Of a stretch of 64,000 bases of DNA, positions 18,832 through 28,879 are shown in pieces. Under the pieces are notes generated by a model, which was not told the origin of the DNA, did no database searches, and saw nothing but the letters and a program-made list of their open reading frames with translations. Origin of the DNA: Pseudomonadota bacterium (lineage in GTDB: Bacteria > Pseudomonadota > Gammaproteobacteria > Burkholderiales > DATLHW01); the NCBI GenBank assembly GCA_040388195.1, contig JAZKCF010000037.1, positions 3,512 through 67,511 of the forward strand, read 5' to 3'. Within the stretch, counting starts at the first letter, position 1. Each line of letters starts with the position of its first letter. Position numbers and translations under genes: made by a program.

Positions 18832-19461
18832 ATGGCGCAGTTTTTCCAGATTCATCCGCAAAATCCTCAGCCCCGCCTAATCCGTTCTGCTGTTGAGATT
18901 GTCCGCAAGGGCGGCGTTATCGTTTATCCGACAGATTCCTGCTATGCGCTTGGTTGTCATATCGGGGATAAGAACGCGATGGAACGAATTCGTGCTATTC
19001 GCCAAGTGGATGAGCGGCATCATTTCACCCTGGTATGTCGGGATTTATCGGAGATCGCGCAATATGCTCGGGTGGACAACGTGAAATACCGTCTGCTCAA
19101 AGCAAATACCCCTGGAAGTTATACGTTTTTATTAGAGGCGACGCGCGAAGTTCCGCGTCGTTTGCAACATCCACGGCGGAGTACGATTGGCATTCGGGTT
19201 CCAGATCATCCGGTAGCGCTGGCATTGCTTGAAGAGCTTGGCGAACCGTTGCTTTCCTCGACACTGATATTGCCGAACGATGAGCTGCCGCTTACCGAGG
19301 CCTCCGATATTCGCGAACGGCTCGAGCGCCAAGTGGACTTGATACTCGACGGCGGTCTTTGCGGCTGCGAGCCGACAACGGTAATTGATCTTTCCGATGA
19401 CACGCCGGTTTTGATCCGGGTAGGTAAAGGAGGACTTGATCCGTTCGGCTTGGCAGCGTAG
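18832..19461 (+). CDS. yciO: YciO / Sua5-YrdC family protein (threonylcarbamoyl-AMP synthase-like)
   Basis: MAQFFQIHPQNPQPRLIRSAVEIVRKGGVIVYPTDSCYALGC.. is nearly collinear with E. coli YciO. Confidence 0.85.
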   Translation: MAQFFQIHPQNPQPRLIRSAVEIVRKGGVIVYPTDSCYALGCHIGDKNAMERIRAIRQVDERHHFTLVCRDLSEIAQYARVDNVKYRLLKANTPGSYTFLLEATREVPRRLQHPRRSTIGIRVPDHPVALALLEELGEPLLSSTLILPNDELPLTEASDIRERLERQVDLILDGGLCGCEPTTVIDLSDDTPVLIRVGKGGLDPFGLAA

Positions 19462-19580
19462 AGAGTCCAACAAAATGTTTTTGTGTTGCACGTGTACCGT
19501 CTACGTCGGCGCGCTTAGGCAAAGGTATTTTGTTAGACGGCCTTAAGTAAACGTATTTTTTATAGCATTTTTCTTTTTCC

Positions 19581-20321
19581 TTGGTCCCGCATTTTTCATG
19601 GTTCAAGGTTTTTTACAGCAGTTTCCTGGAAAGCTTGAAGTTGGAAATTAATATTATTCAAAAGATCGCGATTTATGCCTTGCCGGTAATGTTCGCCATC
19701 ACGCTACATGAAGCGGCACATGGTTTTGTTGCTCGTTATTTTGGCGATCCTACTGCGTACATGCTTGGGCGTGTGACGTTGAATCCCCTCAAGCACATTG
19801 ACCCTATAGGAACTGTTATTCTTCCATTATCGATGTTCGCACTTGGTATTCCTCCCTTTGGTTGGGCGAAGCCAGTTCCAGTGAATTTTAATCAGTTGCG
19901 TAATCCCAAGCGAGACATGTTATGGGTAGCGGCAGCAGGCCCATTCGCCAATCTCTTGATGGTGATTTTGTGGGGGCTAGTGATTCGAGTTGCTGGCTTG
20001 ATATCCGGGAATCCCTTCTATGAGCCGATGGTGCTAATGGGAGTGGCAGGAATATTTATTAACATCATGTTGATGGTTCTTAATCTTTTTCCATTGCCGC
20101 CATTGGATGGGGGACGCATCGCTGTCAGCTTGCTTCCGCAGCGAGCGGCTTATACGTTTTCGCGAATTGAACCGTATGGTTTTATCATTCTCTTGATCCT
20201 CCTATATACCAATGTGCTAGGGACGGTTATTTCGCCTTTTATTAATTTGGGGCTCTCGCTTCTTGCACCGTTTTCCGGGATGTCTTCAACTGATTTAATA
20301 AAATTAATACACTTAATTTGA
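19581..20321 (+). CDS. site-2 protease family (peptidase M50) membrane protein
   Basis: HExxH motif ..TLHEAAHGFVAR.., multiple TM segments and ..NLFPLPPLDGGR.. are present. The start codon is uncertain (TTG at 19581). Confidence 0.8.
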   Translation: MVPHFSWFKVFYSSFLESLKLEINIIQKIAIYALPVMFAITLHEAAHGFVARYFGDPTAYMLGRVTLNPLKHIDPIGTVILPLSMFALGIPPFGWAKPVPVNFNQLRNPKRDMLWVAAAGPFANLLMVILWGLVIRVAGLISGNPFYEPMVLMGVAGIFINIMLMVLNLFPLPPLDGGRIAVSLLPQRAAYTFSRIEPYGFIILLILLYTNVLGTVISPFINLGLSLLAPFSGMSSTDLIKLIHLI

Positions 20322-20340
20322 GTTTGGAGGGTAATCACTA

Positions 20341-21543
20341 ATGTACGCCGATCGCGTCCTTTCCGGCATGCGGCCAACTGGTAATTTGCATCTTGGCAAT
20401 TACCATGGCGCGCTGAAGAACTGGATCAAATTGCAGCATGAGCACGAGTGTTTCTTTTTTGTTGCCGATTGGCACGCACTCACTACGCATTATGAAACCC
20501 GCGAAGACATCGAGAAAAACACGTGGGATATGGTGACCGATTGGCTTGCCGCGGGCCTCGATCCGGCGAATTGTACGATCTTCATACAGTCCAAAGTGCC
20601 GGAACATGCGGAACTGCATTTGTTGCTGTCGATGATCACGCCGCTGGGCTGGCTTGAACGGGTGCCCACCTATAAAGAACAGCAAGAAAACTTAAGCGAG
20701 CGGGATTTGACCACTTACGGTTTTCTTGGTTATCCGTTGTTGCAAAGCGCGGACATTCTCATTTACCGTTCCAGCCTTGTGCCGGTGGGGGAAGATCAAA
20801 TTCCTCACGTCGAATTTACTCGTGAAATGGCGCGGCGATTTAATCATATATATGGTCGCGAGCCGGGCTTCGAAGAAAAGGCGATTGCGGCTGTAAAGAA
20901 ACTTGGCTCAAAAAAATCGAAACTCTATGCTGAATTGCGTACGCGTTATCAAGAGCAGGGAGACGATGAAGCGCTGGAAGCTGCTAAAGCCTTACTTAAC
21001 GAGCAGCAAAATCTAAGCGTCGGCGATCGCGAGCGGCTGTTCGGTTATCTTGAAGGTGGCGGTAAAATGATCTTAGCCGAGCCGAATGTGTTGTTGACGC
21101 CGGAAGCAAAAATGCCGGGTCTCGATGGCCGCAAAATGTCCAAGTCTTATGGCAACACCATCGCGCTACGCGAATCGCAGGAAAGTGTTACCAAAAAGGT
21201 CCGCACCATGCCAACCGATCCGGCTCGCGTGCGACGTACCGATCCAGGCGAACCGGAAAAATGCCCGGTATGGCAATTCCACCAAGTGTATTCTTCGGAA
21301 GAAACTAAGCAATGGGTGCAGGCCGGTTGTCGTAGCGCCGGCATTGGCTGCTTGGAGTGTAAACAGCCGGCAATCGATGCGATTATTGCTGAACAGAAGC
21401 CGATTATCGAGCGCGCACAGCAGTATGTCGAAGACCCTATACTCGTACGCAATATTGTTGCCGATGGTTGCGAGCGGGCAAGGAAGGTTGCGCAAGATAC
21501 GATGCGGGATGTCAGGAGCGCTATAGGGTTAGATTACAACTGA
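20341..21543 (+). CDS. trpS: tryptophan--tRNA ligase (long form)
   Basis: Class I motifs: the HIGH-like ..GNLHLGNYHG.. and KMSKS (..GRKMSKSYGN..). Confidence 0.95.
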   Translation: MYADRVLSGMRPTGNLHLGNYHGALKNWIKLQHEHECFFFVADWHALTTHYETREDIEKNTWDMVTDWLAAGLDPANCTIFIQSKVPEHAELHLLLSMITPLGWLERVPTYKEQQENLSERDLTTYGFLGYPLLQSADILIYRSSLVPVGEDQIPHVEFTREMARRFNHIYGREPGFEEKAIAAVKKLGSKKSKLYAELRTRYQEQGDDEALEAAKALLNEQQNLSVGDRERLFGYLEGGGKMILAEPNVLLTPEAKMPGLDGRKMSKSYGNTIALRESQESVTKKVRTMPTDPARVRRTDPGEPEKCPVWQFHQVYSSEETKQWVQAGCRSAGIGCLECKQPAIDAIIAEQKPIIERAQQYVEDPILVRNIVADGCERARKVAQDTMRDVRSAIGLDYN

Positions 21544-21647
21544 GATCGTGAATAAATTTACTGCGTGGCCCCACCTAGAGTCGCTCGCTACGATTTATTC
21601 ACAATCTCTAATCCTATAACTTGTCTTGGGAGCATAAGAAAGAACCG

Positions 21648-22493
21648 ATGGAAATTGTCGAAGAACCCACTGTTATTGCTACTGAGCCAGCGCCATTTGC
21701 GAGGGTAAATGGCGCTCCAATGACAGAACTTCCGCAAGATTTGTATATCCCACCGGAGGCATTATCGATATTTCTCGACACCTTTGAAGGCCCGCTCGAC
21801 TTACTGCTGTACCTTATTCGTAAACATTCGCTCGATATCCTTGATATTCCCATGGCGGAGCTAACCCGCCAGTATTTGGGTTATGTTGAGATAATGCGTA
21901 CCGCGCAGCTGGAACTGGCCGCGGAATATTTGTTAATGGCGGCGCTGTTGATTGAGATAAAGTCGCGCATGCTATTGCCGAGGCCTCCTAAAGAGGATGC
22001 CAGCGAAGAAGATCCGCGCGCGGCGTTGGTTCGCCGATTGCTCGAATATGAGCAAATGAAGGCAGCGGCGCGTGAGTTGGATGCTATGCCGCAGGCGGGT
22101 CGAGATTTTACCTTGGTCGAAGTATTTATCGATGCATCGCTAGTGAAGCATCAGCCCAAGGTTGCGGTTGTGGATTTGAAGAATGTCTGGCTCACGCTGA
22201 TGGCGCGCGCGAAGGTCAATCGGCATCATCGCGTTACTCGTGAAGAGCTGTCGGTACGGTCGCATATGAGCCGGATTTTACGCAGCTTGCAATCCACCGA
22301 GTTCATCGCATTTGCCGATTTGTTTGAACCGGAGAAGGGCGTGCCGTTGCTGGTGGTAAGTTTTCTTGCCATCCTTGAATTGGCGCGTGAGTCGCTTGCC
22401 GAGATTACGCAAACCGAACCCTTTGCGCCAATTTATGTGCGGCTGGCCCAGCCCAAGTCCCTTGAATCTGAAGTTACTGACAGCGCCGAATAG
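21648..22493 (+). CDS. scpA: segregation and condensation protein A
   Basis: ..FEGPLDLLLYLIRKHSLDILDIPMAELTRQYL.. and the C-terminal ..FLAILELARE.. are present. The start is set at ATG 21648; the ORF is open from 21621. Confidence 0.85.
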   Translation: MEIVEEPTVIATEPAPFARVNGAPMTELPQDLYIPPEALSIFLDTFEGPLDLLLYLIRKHSLDILDIPMAELTRQYLGYVEIMRTAQLELAAEYLLMAALLIEIKSRMLLPRPPKEDASEEDPRAALVRRLLEYEQMKAAARELDAMPQAGRDFTLVEVFIDASLVKHQPKVAVVDLKNVWLTLMARAKVNRHHRVTREELSVRSHMSRILRSLQSTEFIAFADLFEPEKGVPLLVVSFLAILELARESLAEITQTEPFAPIYVRLAQPKSLESEVTDSAE

Positions 22494-22495
22494 CC

Positions 22496-23395
22496 ATGAT
22501 TGAAAACGCGACAGAAAATATTTCCAAGACGAATCCATTAGCGATGACGGGAACTGAAACAAGCGGTACCAAGGCGGTGGTAAATCTTGGTGTCTCAACA
22601 AACGACACGACGGCCAATACACCTGCAAACGATGGCACGGAACTGCCATTACCGACAGCCGAGTCTGAGGGAAACGCGGAAATTGTGACGAGTGACTTGG
22701 TTCAAGCCAAATTGATTCTCGAGGCAGCGCTGCTTTCTTCCAGCGAACCATTGCAGCTCATCGATTTAAAAAAACTTTTCGATCAGGAGTTGTCTGTCGA
22801 AACCATTCGCAAATTGCTTGATGAATTGAAGGATGACTGGTCAAGCCGCGCGGTTGAGTTGACGCCGGTGGCAAGCGGTTGGCGTTTTCGAGTCAAGCCG
22901 GAATTTACCCAATTTGTCCATCGCATGAATCCGGAAAAGCCACCGCGTTATTCTCGTGCGGTAATGGAAACTTTGGCGATCATTGCGTATCGGCAGCCTG
23001 CTACTCGCGGCGATATCGAGCAGATCCGTGGCGTGACGGTATCAACCCAGATTGTTAAATCTCTTGAGGAGCGCGGCTGGATTGAAGCTGTAGGCCACCG
23101 CGAAGTTGCTGGTCGTCCTGCGTTATATGCCACAACTAAAAAATTCCTCGATGACCTCAATTTGTTGTCGCTGGAAGAGTTGCCGTCCTTGGACGAACTA
23201 CAAGCAACGCTAAACCTCACTACTTCAGATATTTTCCCACACAGTGCTGAAGCAGGTGCAGCAGCCGGGCAAGAAGAGGTGGCTGCAGAAATTGAAAATA
23301 CGCCGGTGGTTGAAACCGCTCCTATAGAAATCGTTAACGACACTACTCATGCCCCCGAAGAAACAACGCTCGCCCATTCGCCAACCGCAGAATAA
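22496..23395 (+). CDS. scpB: segregation and condensation protein B (with low-complexity N- and C-terminal extensions)
   Basis: Core ..LEAALLSSSEPL.., ..TLAIIAYRQPATRGDIEQIRGV.. and ..GRPALYATTKKFLDDLNLLSLEELP.. Confidence 0.85.
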   Translation: MIENATENISKTNPLAMTGTETSGTKAVVNLGVSTNDTTANTPANDGTELPLPTAESEGNAEIVTSDLVQAKLILEAALLSSSEPLQLIDLKKLFDQELSVETIRKLLDELKDDWSSRAVELTPVASGWRFRVKPEFTQFVHRMNPEKPPRYSRAVMETLAIIAYRQPATRGDIEQIRGVTVSTQIVKSLEERGWIEAVGHREVAGRPALYATTKKFLDDLNLLSLEELPSLDELQATLNLTTSDIFPHSAEAGAAAGQEEVAAEIENTPVVETAPIEIVNDTTHAPEETTLAHSPTAE

Positions 23396-24431
23396 GAAAC
23401 CCGCTTCAAAAAAGGGAGAGCCGCTCGAAGAGCTGGCGCCGACGCCGAGAGCTCGGCGGGCGCGAAGCGATGATACCCAAACCGCCGATGCGCCTAAGAG
23501 CCAGCGCCCTCGCATTCCTCGAAACGATACGCCCGCCGAGGAGTCGCTTGCAACCGAGTCAACTTCTACTGAAAAGCTGCACAAAGTATTGGCGCAGGCT
23601 GGTCTTGGTTCACGCCGGGATATGGAAGCTGCTATTGAAGCCGGACGTGTAAGCGTGAATGGTCACTTAGCAAAAGTTGGTGATCGAGTAGCGCCGAATG
23701 ATCGGATTTTGTTGGATAGCCGGCCTGTCAAAAAACCGAAATTCGATGAACTGCCGCGCATTTTGGTTTACCACAAACCGGAAGGGGAAATTGTCAGCCG
23801 TGACGATCCCGATGGTCGTACTACTGTATTCGATAAGCTCCCTCGTGTTCACCGTGGAAAATGGATATCGATCGGCCGGTTGGATTACAATACGAGCGGA
23901 TTGCTGATTTTTACTACTAGTGGCGAATTGGCCAATAAACTGTCGCATCCGCGTTTTGAGATGGAGCGCGAGTACGCCGTACGAGTAATGGGTGAGCTAA
24001 GCACTGAGCAGTGCCAGACGCTTTGTAACGGTATCGAGCTGGAAGATGGTCCGGCGAAATTTGAATGGTTGCGTGAAGATGGTGGCGAGAGTACCAATCG
24101 TTGGTATCGAGTAATGCTGCGTGAAGGACGTAACCGCGAAATAAGGCGCATGTTCGAATCGATGGGCATAATGGTGAGCCGATTGATGCGGGTTCGTTTT
24201 GGGATTGTTAATCTGCCGCCGCGTTTAAAACGGGGAGGTATGCTGGAATTGGACGTGAAACAGGTAAAAAGCGTTCTCGATTGGGCGGAGATACCAATCG
24301 GTGGTTCGACGGCGGATTCGCCGGTAACACCTGGGCATGTGCAAACACCACAGGAAAAGCGGCCGGTGCCACGTAACCCGTACGCGGGGCGGACTCAGAA
24401 TCGTATGCGTACGAGTGGCGGCAAAAAGTAG
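23349..24431 (+). CDS. rluB: 23S rRNA pseudouridine synthase B (RsuA/RluB family)
   Basis: S4 domain ..KLHKVLAQAGLGSRRDME.. and catalytic ..GRLDYNTSGLLIFT.. follow a basic N-terminal extension. It overlaps the scpB 3' end by 47 nt, so the true start may be further downstream. Confidence 0.85.
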   Translation: MPPKKQRSPIRQPQNKKPASKKGEPLEELAPTPRARRARSDDTQTADAPKSQRPRIPRNDTPAEESLATESTSTEKLHKVLAQAGLGSRRDMEAAIEAGRVSVNGHLAKVGDRVAPNDRILLDSRPVKKPKFDELPRILVYHKPEGEIVSRDDPDGRTTVFDKLPRVHRGKWISIGRLDYNTSGLLIFTTSGELANKLSHPRFEMEREYAVRVMGELSTEQCQTLCNGIELEDGPAKFEWLREDGGESTNRWYRVMLREGRNREIRRMFESMGIMVSRLMRVRFGIVNLPPRLKRGGMLELDVKQVKSVLDWAEIPIGGSTADSPVTPGHVQTPQEKRPVPRNPYAGRTQNRMRTSGGKK

Positions 24432-24478
24432 TGGATCGATTAATCAAGTTCCGATAGCTGTCGCTACTTGATTAATGG

Positions 24479-25381
24479 TTATTTCAAATCATCCCTATGC
24501 AACAAAAACACATACTCATCTCCGGCACTTACCTCAAGCCATTGAAACGGTAAGTCTGGAAACGCCGCTTCCAAGACATCTCGGTTATTACCGGCTTCCA
24601 CCACTAAAATACCCGAGTTGGTTAGATGCTTTGGCGTTTCACTGAGAATGACGCGAATATGATCGAGGCCGTCATCGCCGCTTGCTAGCGCAAGTTGCGG
24701 TTCGTGCCGGTATTCAACGGGCAATGCCGACATCGATTCCGCATTCACATATGGTGGATTGGTGATGATGAGATCGTATTTACGGCCTTTTAAATTCTTA
24801 AAAAGATCACTTTGCACAAGCGATACTCGATCCTCCAAATCATAGTCGCCCACATTCCGGCGAGCGACTTCTAATGCGTCATCGGAGATATCGACGCCGT
24901 CCACTTGTGCATTCGGAAATGTCAGTGCAGCCAGAATCGCAAGGCAGCCTGAGCCGGTGCACATATCCAATACTGAACTAACAGAGTCAGGATCAATAAT
25001 CCATGGTTCGAGATGATCGCGTAATAGTTCCGCGATGAATGAGCGTGGCACGATAACTCGTTCATCGACGTAGAAGCGATATTCTCCCAGCCATGCTTCG
25101 TGTGTCAGGTACGCCATCGGAACGCGTTGATTAATTCGCGCTTCGATCATGTTGGCCAGCGTATCGATTTCTTCCTGAAGCAGGCGCGCCTCCAGAAAAG
25201 GTTCTAACTGGTCCAGCGGAAGATGCAGCGTGTGCAGAATGAGATAAGCGGCCTCATCAAAAGCATTTTGGTTGCCGTGTCCGAATGCTAAGTCGCTTTT
25301 ATTAAAGCAGCTGACCGCGAAGCGCAGCCAATCACGGATGGTATGCAGCTCGCTGCGAGCGATGGCAAAAGTGTTGTTCAT
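24479..25381 (-). CDS. prmB: ribosomal protein uL3 glutamine N5-methyltransferase
   Basis: SAM pocket ..VLDMCTGSGCLAI.. and the ..IITNPPYV.. motif. Confidence 0.9.
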   Translation of the reverse strand: MNNTFAIARSELHTIRDWLRFAVSCFNKSDLAFGHGNQNAFDEAAYLILHTLHLPLDQLEPFLEARLLQEEIDTLANMIEARINQRVPMAYLTHEAWLGEYRFYVDERVIVPRSFIAELLRDHLEPWIIDPDSVSSVLDMCTGSGCLAILAALTFPNAQVDGVDISDDALEVARRNVGDYDLEDRVSLVQSDLFKNLKGRKYDLIITNPPYVNAESMSALPVEYRHEPQLALASGDDGLDHIRVILSETPKHLTNSGILVVEAGNNRDVLEAAFPDLPFQWLEVSAGDEYVFLLHRDDLK

Positions 25382-25386
25382 TATGT

Positions 25387-26541
<1,155 letters not shown>

Positions 26542-26761
26542 TTAGGGCGCAAGTTTACAAGAAGCTGTTCCAAAAACGTAGCCGCTTAAAGATCTTATTC
26601 ACAGACTCGGTCCAGTTGATTATTGGACAAATTCCAAAGCTATCTCGATTTAGAGGTACCCTAATATATATACAAGGCTATTGGTATTGCTGGCTTCCCG
26701 GTAAGCTAGCACTCTGGATCCAGAACAAACCGAATTCATTTGTGAAATGAAAGGGGGTTCC

Positions 26762-27409
26762 ATGAAATCTGGAGTGCGCTTAAATACGCTAACAGTCTTT
26801 TTCTTTGTTGCAATCACAGTATTAGCATTAGGAATTTGGTATTTATTCCTTGCCATTGTCGCTCCATCCGAAGAAACCCACGTTGAACGAATCCGAGAGT
26901 TCTTCCTGCTTCCATCTGAATATCGGTGGTTCGCATGGATTGTCGCTCTATTTGTGTCGGTATTGTCGGCCGCTTATTTTGGCGCCCTCATCGCCCTTCG
27001 CAGGGCACCCGGTCAGAAGCAATGGGAATCTAAATATATGGCTTACCAAGAACTTTTGCAGAGCATGTCCGAACTGCAAACGTGGGCGGAAGAAACCCAT
27101 AACGACCTGTTGCGATCGCCTGTCATCAGCGAAACAAGACTCGCCGAGCTATCTCATGAATATGAAGTGGCGCGCCGAACGCTATGGGGGCAGGCAAGAG
27201 TGGGGGCGCTCACGATGTCGGATAGCTCTGTTGCTGCACTGCAGGAATTGTTGCGGGAGATTAAAGCGGAAAGATTTCGGTTTACTGCGCAGTCTGCAGA
27301 GAATTCGAACAGTGTTCACGAATACACCGTTCACTGCGACAAGCTTAAAGTCCTGCTAAATAGTCATTTTGCCGCCCTTCTTCAAATGGCGAGGAAGGAT
27401 CTTGGATGA
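26762..27409 (+). CDS. hypothetical membrane protein (2 TM plus helical C-terminal domain)
   Basis: ATG at 26762 preceded by AAAGGGGG. TM1 is LTVFFFVAITVLALGIWYLFLAIV and TM2 is WFAWIVALFVSVLSAAYFGALIAL. I recognise no family. The upstream region is AT-rich. Confidence 0.55.
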   Translation: MKSGVRLNTLTVFFFVAITVLALGIWYLFLAIVAPSEETHVERIREFFLLPSEYRWFAWIVALFVSVLSAAYFGALIALRRAPGQKQWESKYMAYQELLQSMSELQTWAEETHNDLLRSPVISETRLAELSHEYEVARRTLWGQARVGALTMSDSSVAALQELLREIKAERFRFTAQSAENSNSVHEYTVHCDKLKVLLNSHFAALLQMARKDLG

Positions 27410-27432
27410 GGCCAAGGCCAAACCTCGATCGT

Positions 27433-28575
27433 TTAGGCTTGGCTCGTCTCGTTATAAATCAGCTTGAATCCATCAAATGTGCCACTTTCCCCAGTGGCAA
27501 CCGGCCGCTTGACCATCGAAGTGACTTTGTTATCGAGCATAAGGGAAAGATTGGTCGGAGAATCTGCATTGGCGAGTGCGGTATCGCGATTAATGCGACC
27601 AGCCTCAAATAGGCGTTGTAACGCACGGTCGAAGGTTTGCAGATCAGGTTTTAGACTTTTTTCCATTGCCTCGCGGATTTGGCCAATTTCGCCTTTTTCT
27701 ATCAGCTCACGGACATGAGTGCCGTTCGTCATTATTTCCACTATTGGCGTGCGTTTGCCAGCACCATCAGTGATTAAACGCTGAGCAATGATCGATTTTA
27801 AACTCACCGACAAATCTTGCATCAGACTTTGCCGACCTTCCTGCGGGAACATATTGATAATGCGCGTAAGCGCTTGGTATGAGTTATTCGCGTGCAAAGT
27901 AGCTACGCAAAGGTGGCCGGACAAACCGACGTTGATCGCTGCTGTCATTGCTTCTTGATCGCGAATTTCACCAATTAACAAGCAGTCTGGTGCTTGACGC
28001 ATCGCGCTGCGTAAAGCCTCGTGGTACGAATTCGAGTCTTGGCCGACATCGCGTTGGTTAACAATCGATTTGCCATGCTTGAACAGGTATTCCACCGGAT
28101 CTTCAAGGGTCAGCACATGTCCCGGGTAATTCAAAATGCGATGATTAATCATTGATGCCAACGTGGTGGACTTTCCTGCACCCGTACTGCCTACCACTAG
28201 GATAAGGCCGCGTTTTTCCATAATTTGATCATTAAGGAACGTGGGTAGCCCTAAAGTTTCCAGTGCTGGAATGTCAAACGGGATTCTGCGTATGGACAGA
28301 GCAACGGTGCCGCGTTGACGAAACATGTTAATGCGGAAACTGCCTTGTTCCGGTACCACTATCGAGAAATTAAGATCGGGAGACGCCTCAAAAGATTTAA
28401 TCTGCTTTTCCGTTAGCACTGCGTAAGCCATTTCTTTGATTGAGTTCGATTCTAGTACTTGCTTGTTAACCGGAACGGTCTGACCGTTAATCTTGAAGTA
28501 GATTGGCGCCCCGGCTGAAATGAATGCGTCGGAAGCCTTGTTTTCGGTCATTCTTTGTAGGACTACCTTGAGCAT
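27433..28575 (-). CDS. pilU: type IV pilus retraction ATPase, PilU-like (PilT family)
   Basis: Walker A ..GSTGAGKSTT.., ..LTLEDPVEY.., ..IGEIRD.. and ..GHLCVATLHANN.. are present. The 380-aa length and the C-terminus ..LQTFDRALQRLFEAGRI..ADSPTNL.. resemble PilU rather than PilT. Confidence 0.8.
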   Translation of the reverse strand: MLKVVLQRMTENKASDAFISAGAPIYFKINGQTVPVNKQVLESNSIKEMAYAVLTEKQIKSFEASPDLNFSIVVPEQGSFRINMFRQRGTVALSIRRIPFDIPALETLGLPTFLNDQIMEKRGLILVVGSTGAGKSTTLASMINHRILNYPGHVLTLEDPVEYLFKHGKSIVNQRDVGQDSNSYHEALRSAMRQAPDCLLIGEIRDQEAMTAAINVGLSGHLCVATLHANNSYQALTRIINMFPQEGRQSLMQDLSVSLKSIIAQRLITDGAGKRTPIVEIMTNGTHVRELIEKGEIGQIREAMEKSLKPDLQTFDRALQRLFEAGRINRDTALANADSPTNLSLMLDNKVTSMVKRPVATGESGTFDGFKLIYNETSQA

Positions 28576-28774
28576 GATTGATAACCTCCGGGTGTTTAGG
28601 AAATCCTACGGTAGGCGGGGTGTTCATGCTGTGCGGTTGCGCACTTAATGGCAATTCACGGCTGGTTTAAATCGTGCTTTCATTTAGTGTTACAGGACAA
28701 ACCTTGCAACGATGCAAGTTGCCATTGCGAGAAAATTGCGCGCTTGCAATACGAATCGAACTGGCTCACAACCA

Positions 28775-28814
28775 CATCAATAATATTTACTATTAAAACA
28801 ATAAATTATTGATG
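28775..28814. promoter_or_regulatory. 10-bp perfect inverted repeat (candidate operator) upstream of the GH18 gene
   Basis: CATCAATAAT (28775-28784) and ATTATTGATG (28805-28814) are separated by 20 nt. They sit in an AT-rich region 66 nt upstream of ATG 28880. Confidence 0.3.
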
Positions 28815-28879
28815 TTCTCTTTTTGGGCCTATTTCATGCTTTATGAGATCTTAATTTAAAACAAGCCTAGAGAATAAAA

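Noticed and set aside
26655-26737. KpnI (GGTACC), NheI (GCTAGC), BamHI (GGATCC) and EcoRI (GAATTC) sites, plus ATATAT/TATATA, within 83 bp. This looks like a cloning polylinker.
   Set aside because: About 1.3 palindromic hexamers are expected by chance in 80 bp. Seeing 4-6 in an AT-rich spacer is unusual but not extreme, and the familiar enzyme names are a recognition bias. The region has no vector-like flanks, primers or scars.
26850-27359. 169-aa alternative-frame ORF overlapping the 2-TM hypothetical gene.
   Set aside because: It is Cys/Arg-rich with no RBS, and lies entirely inside a better-supported frame that has clear TM helices and an SD-ATG start.
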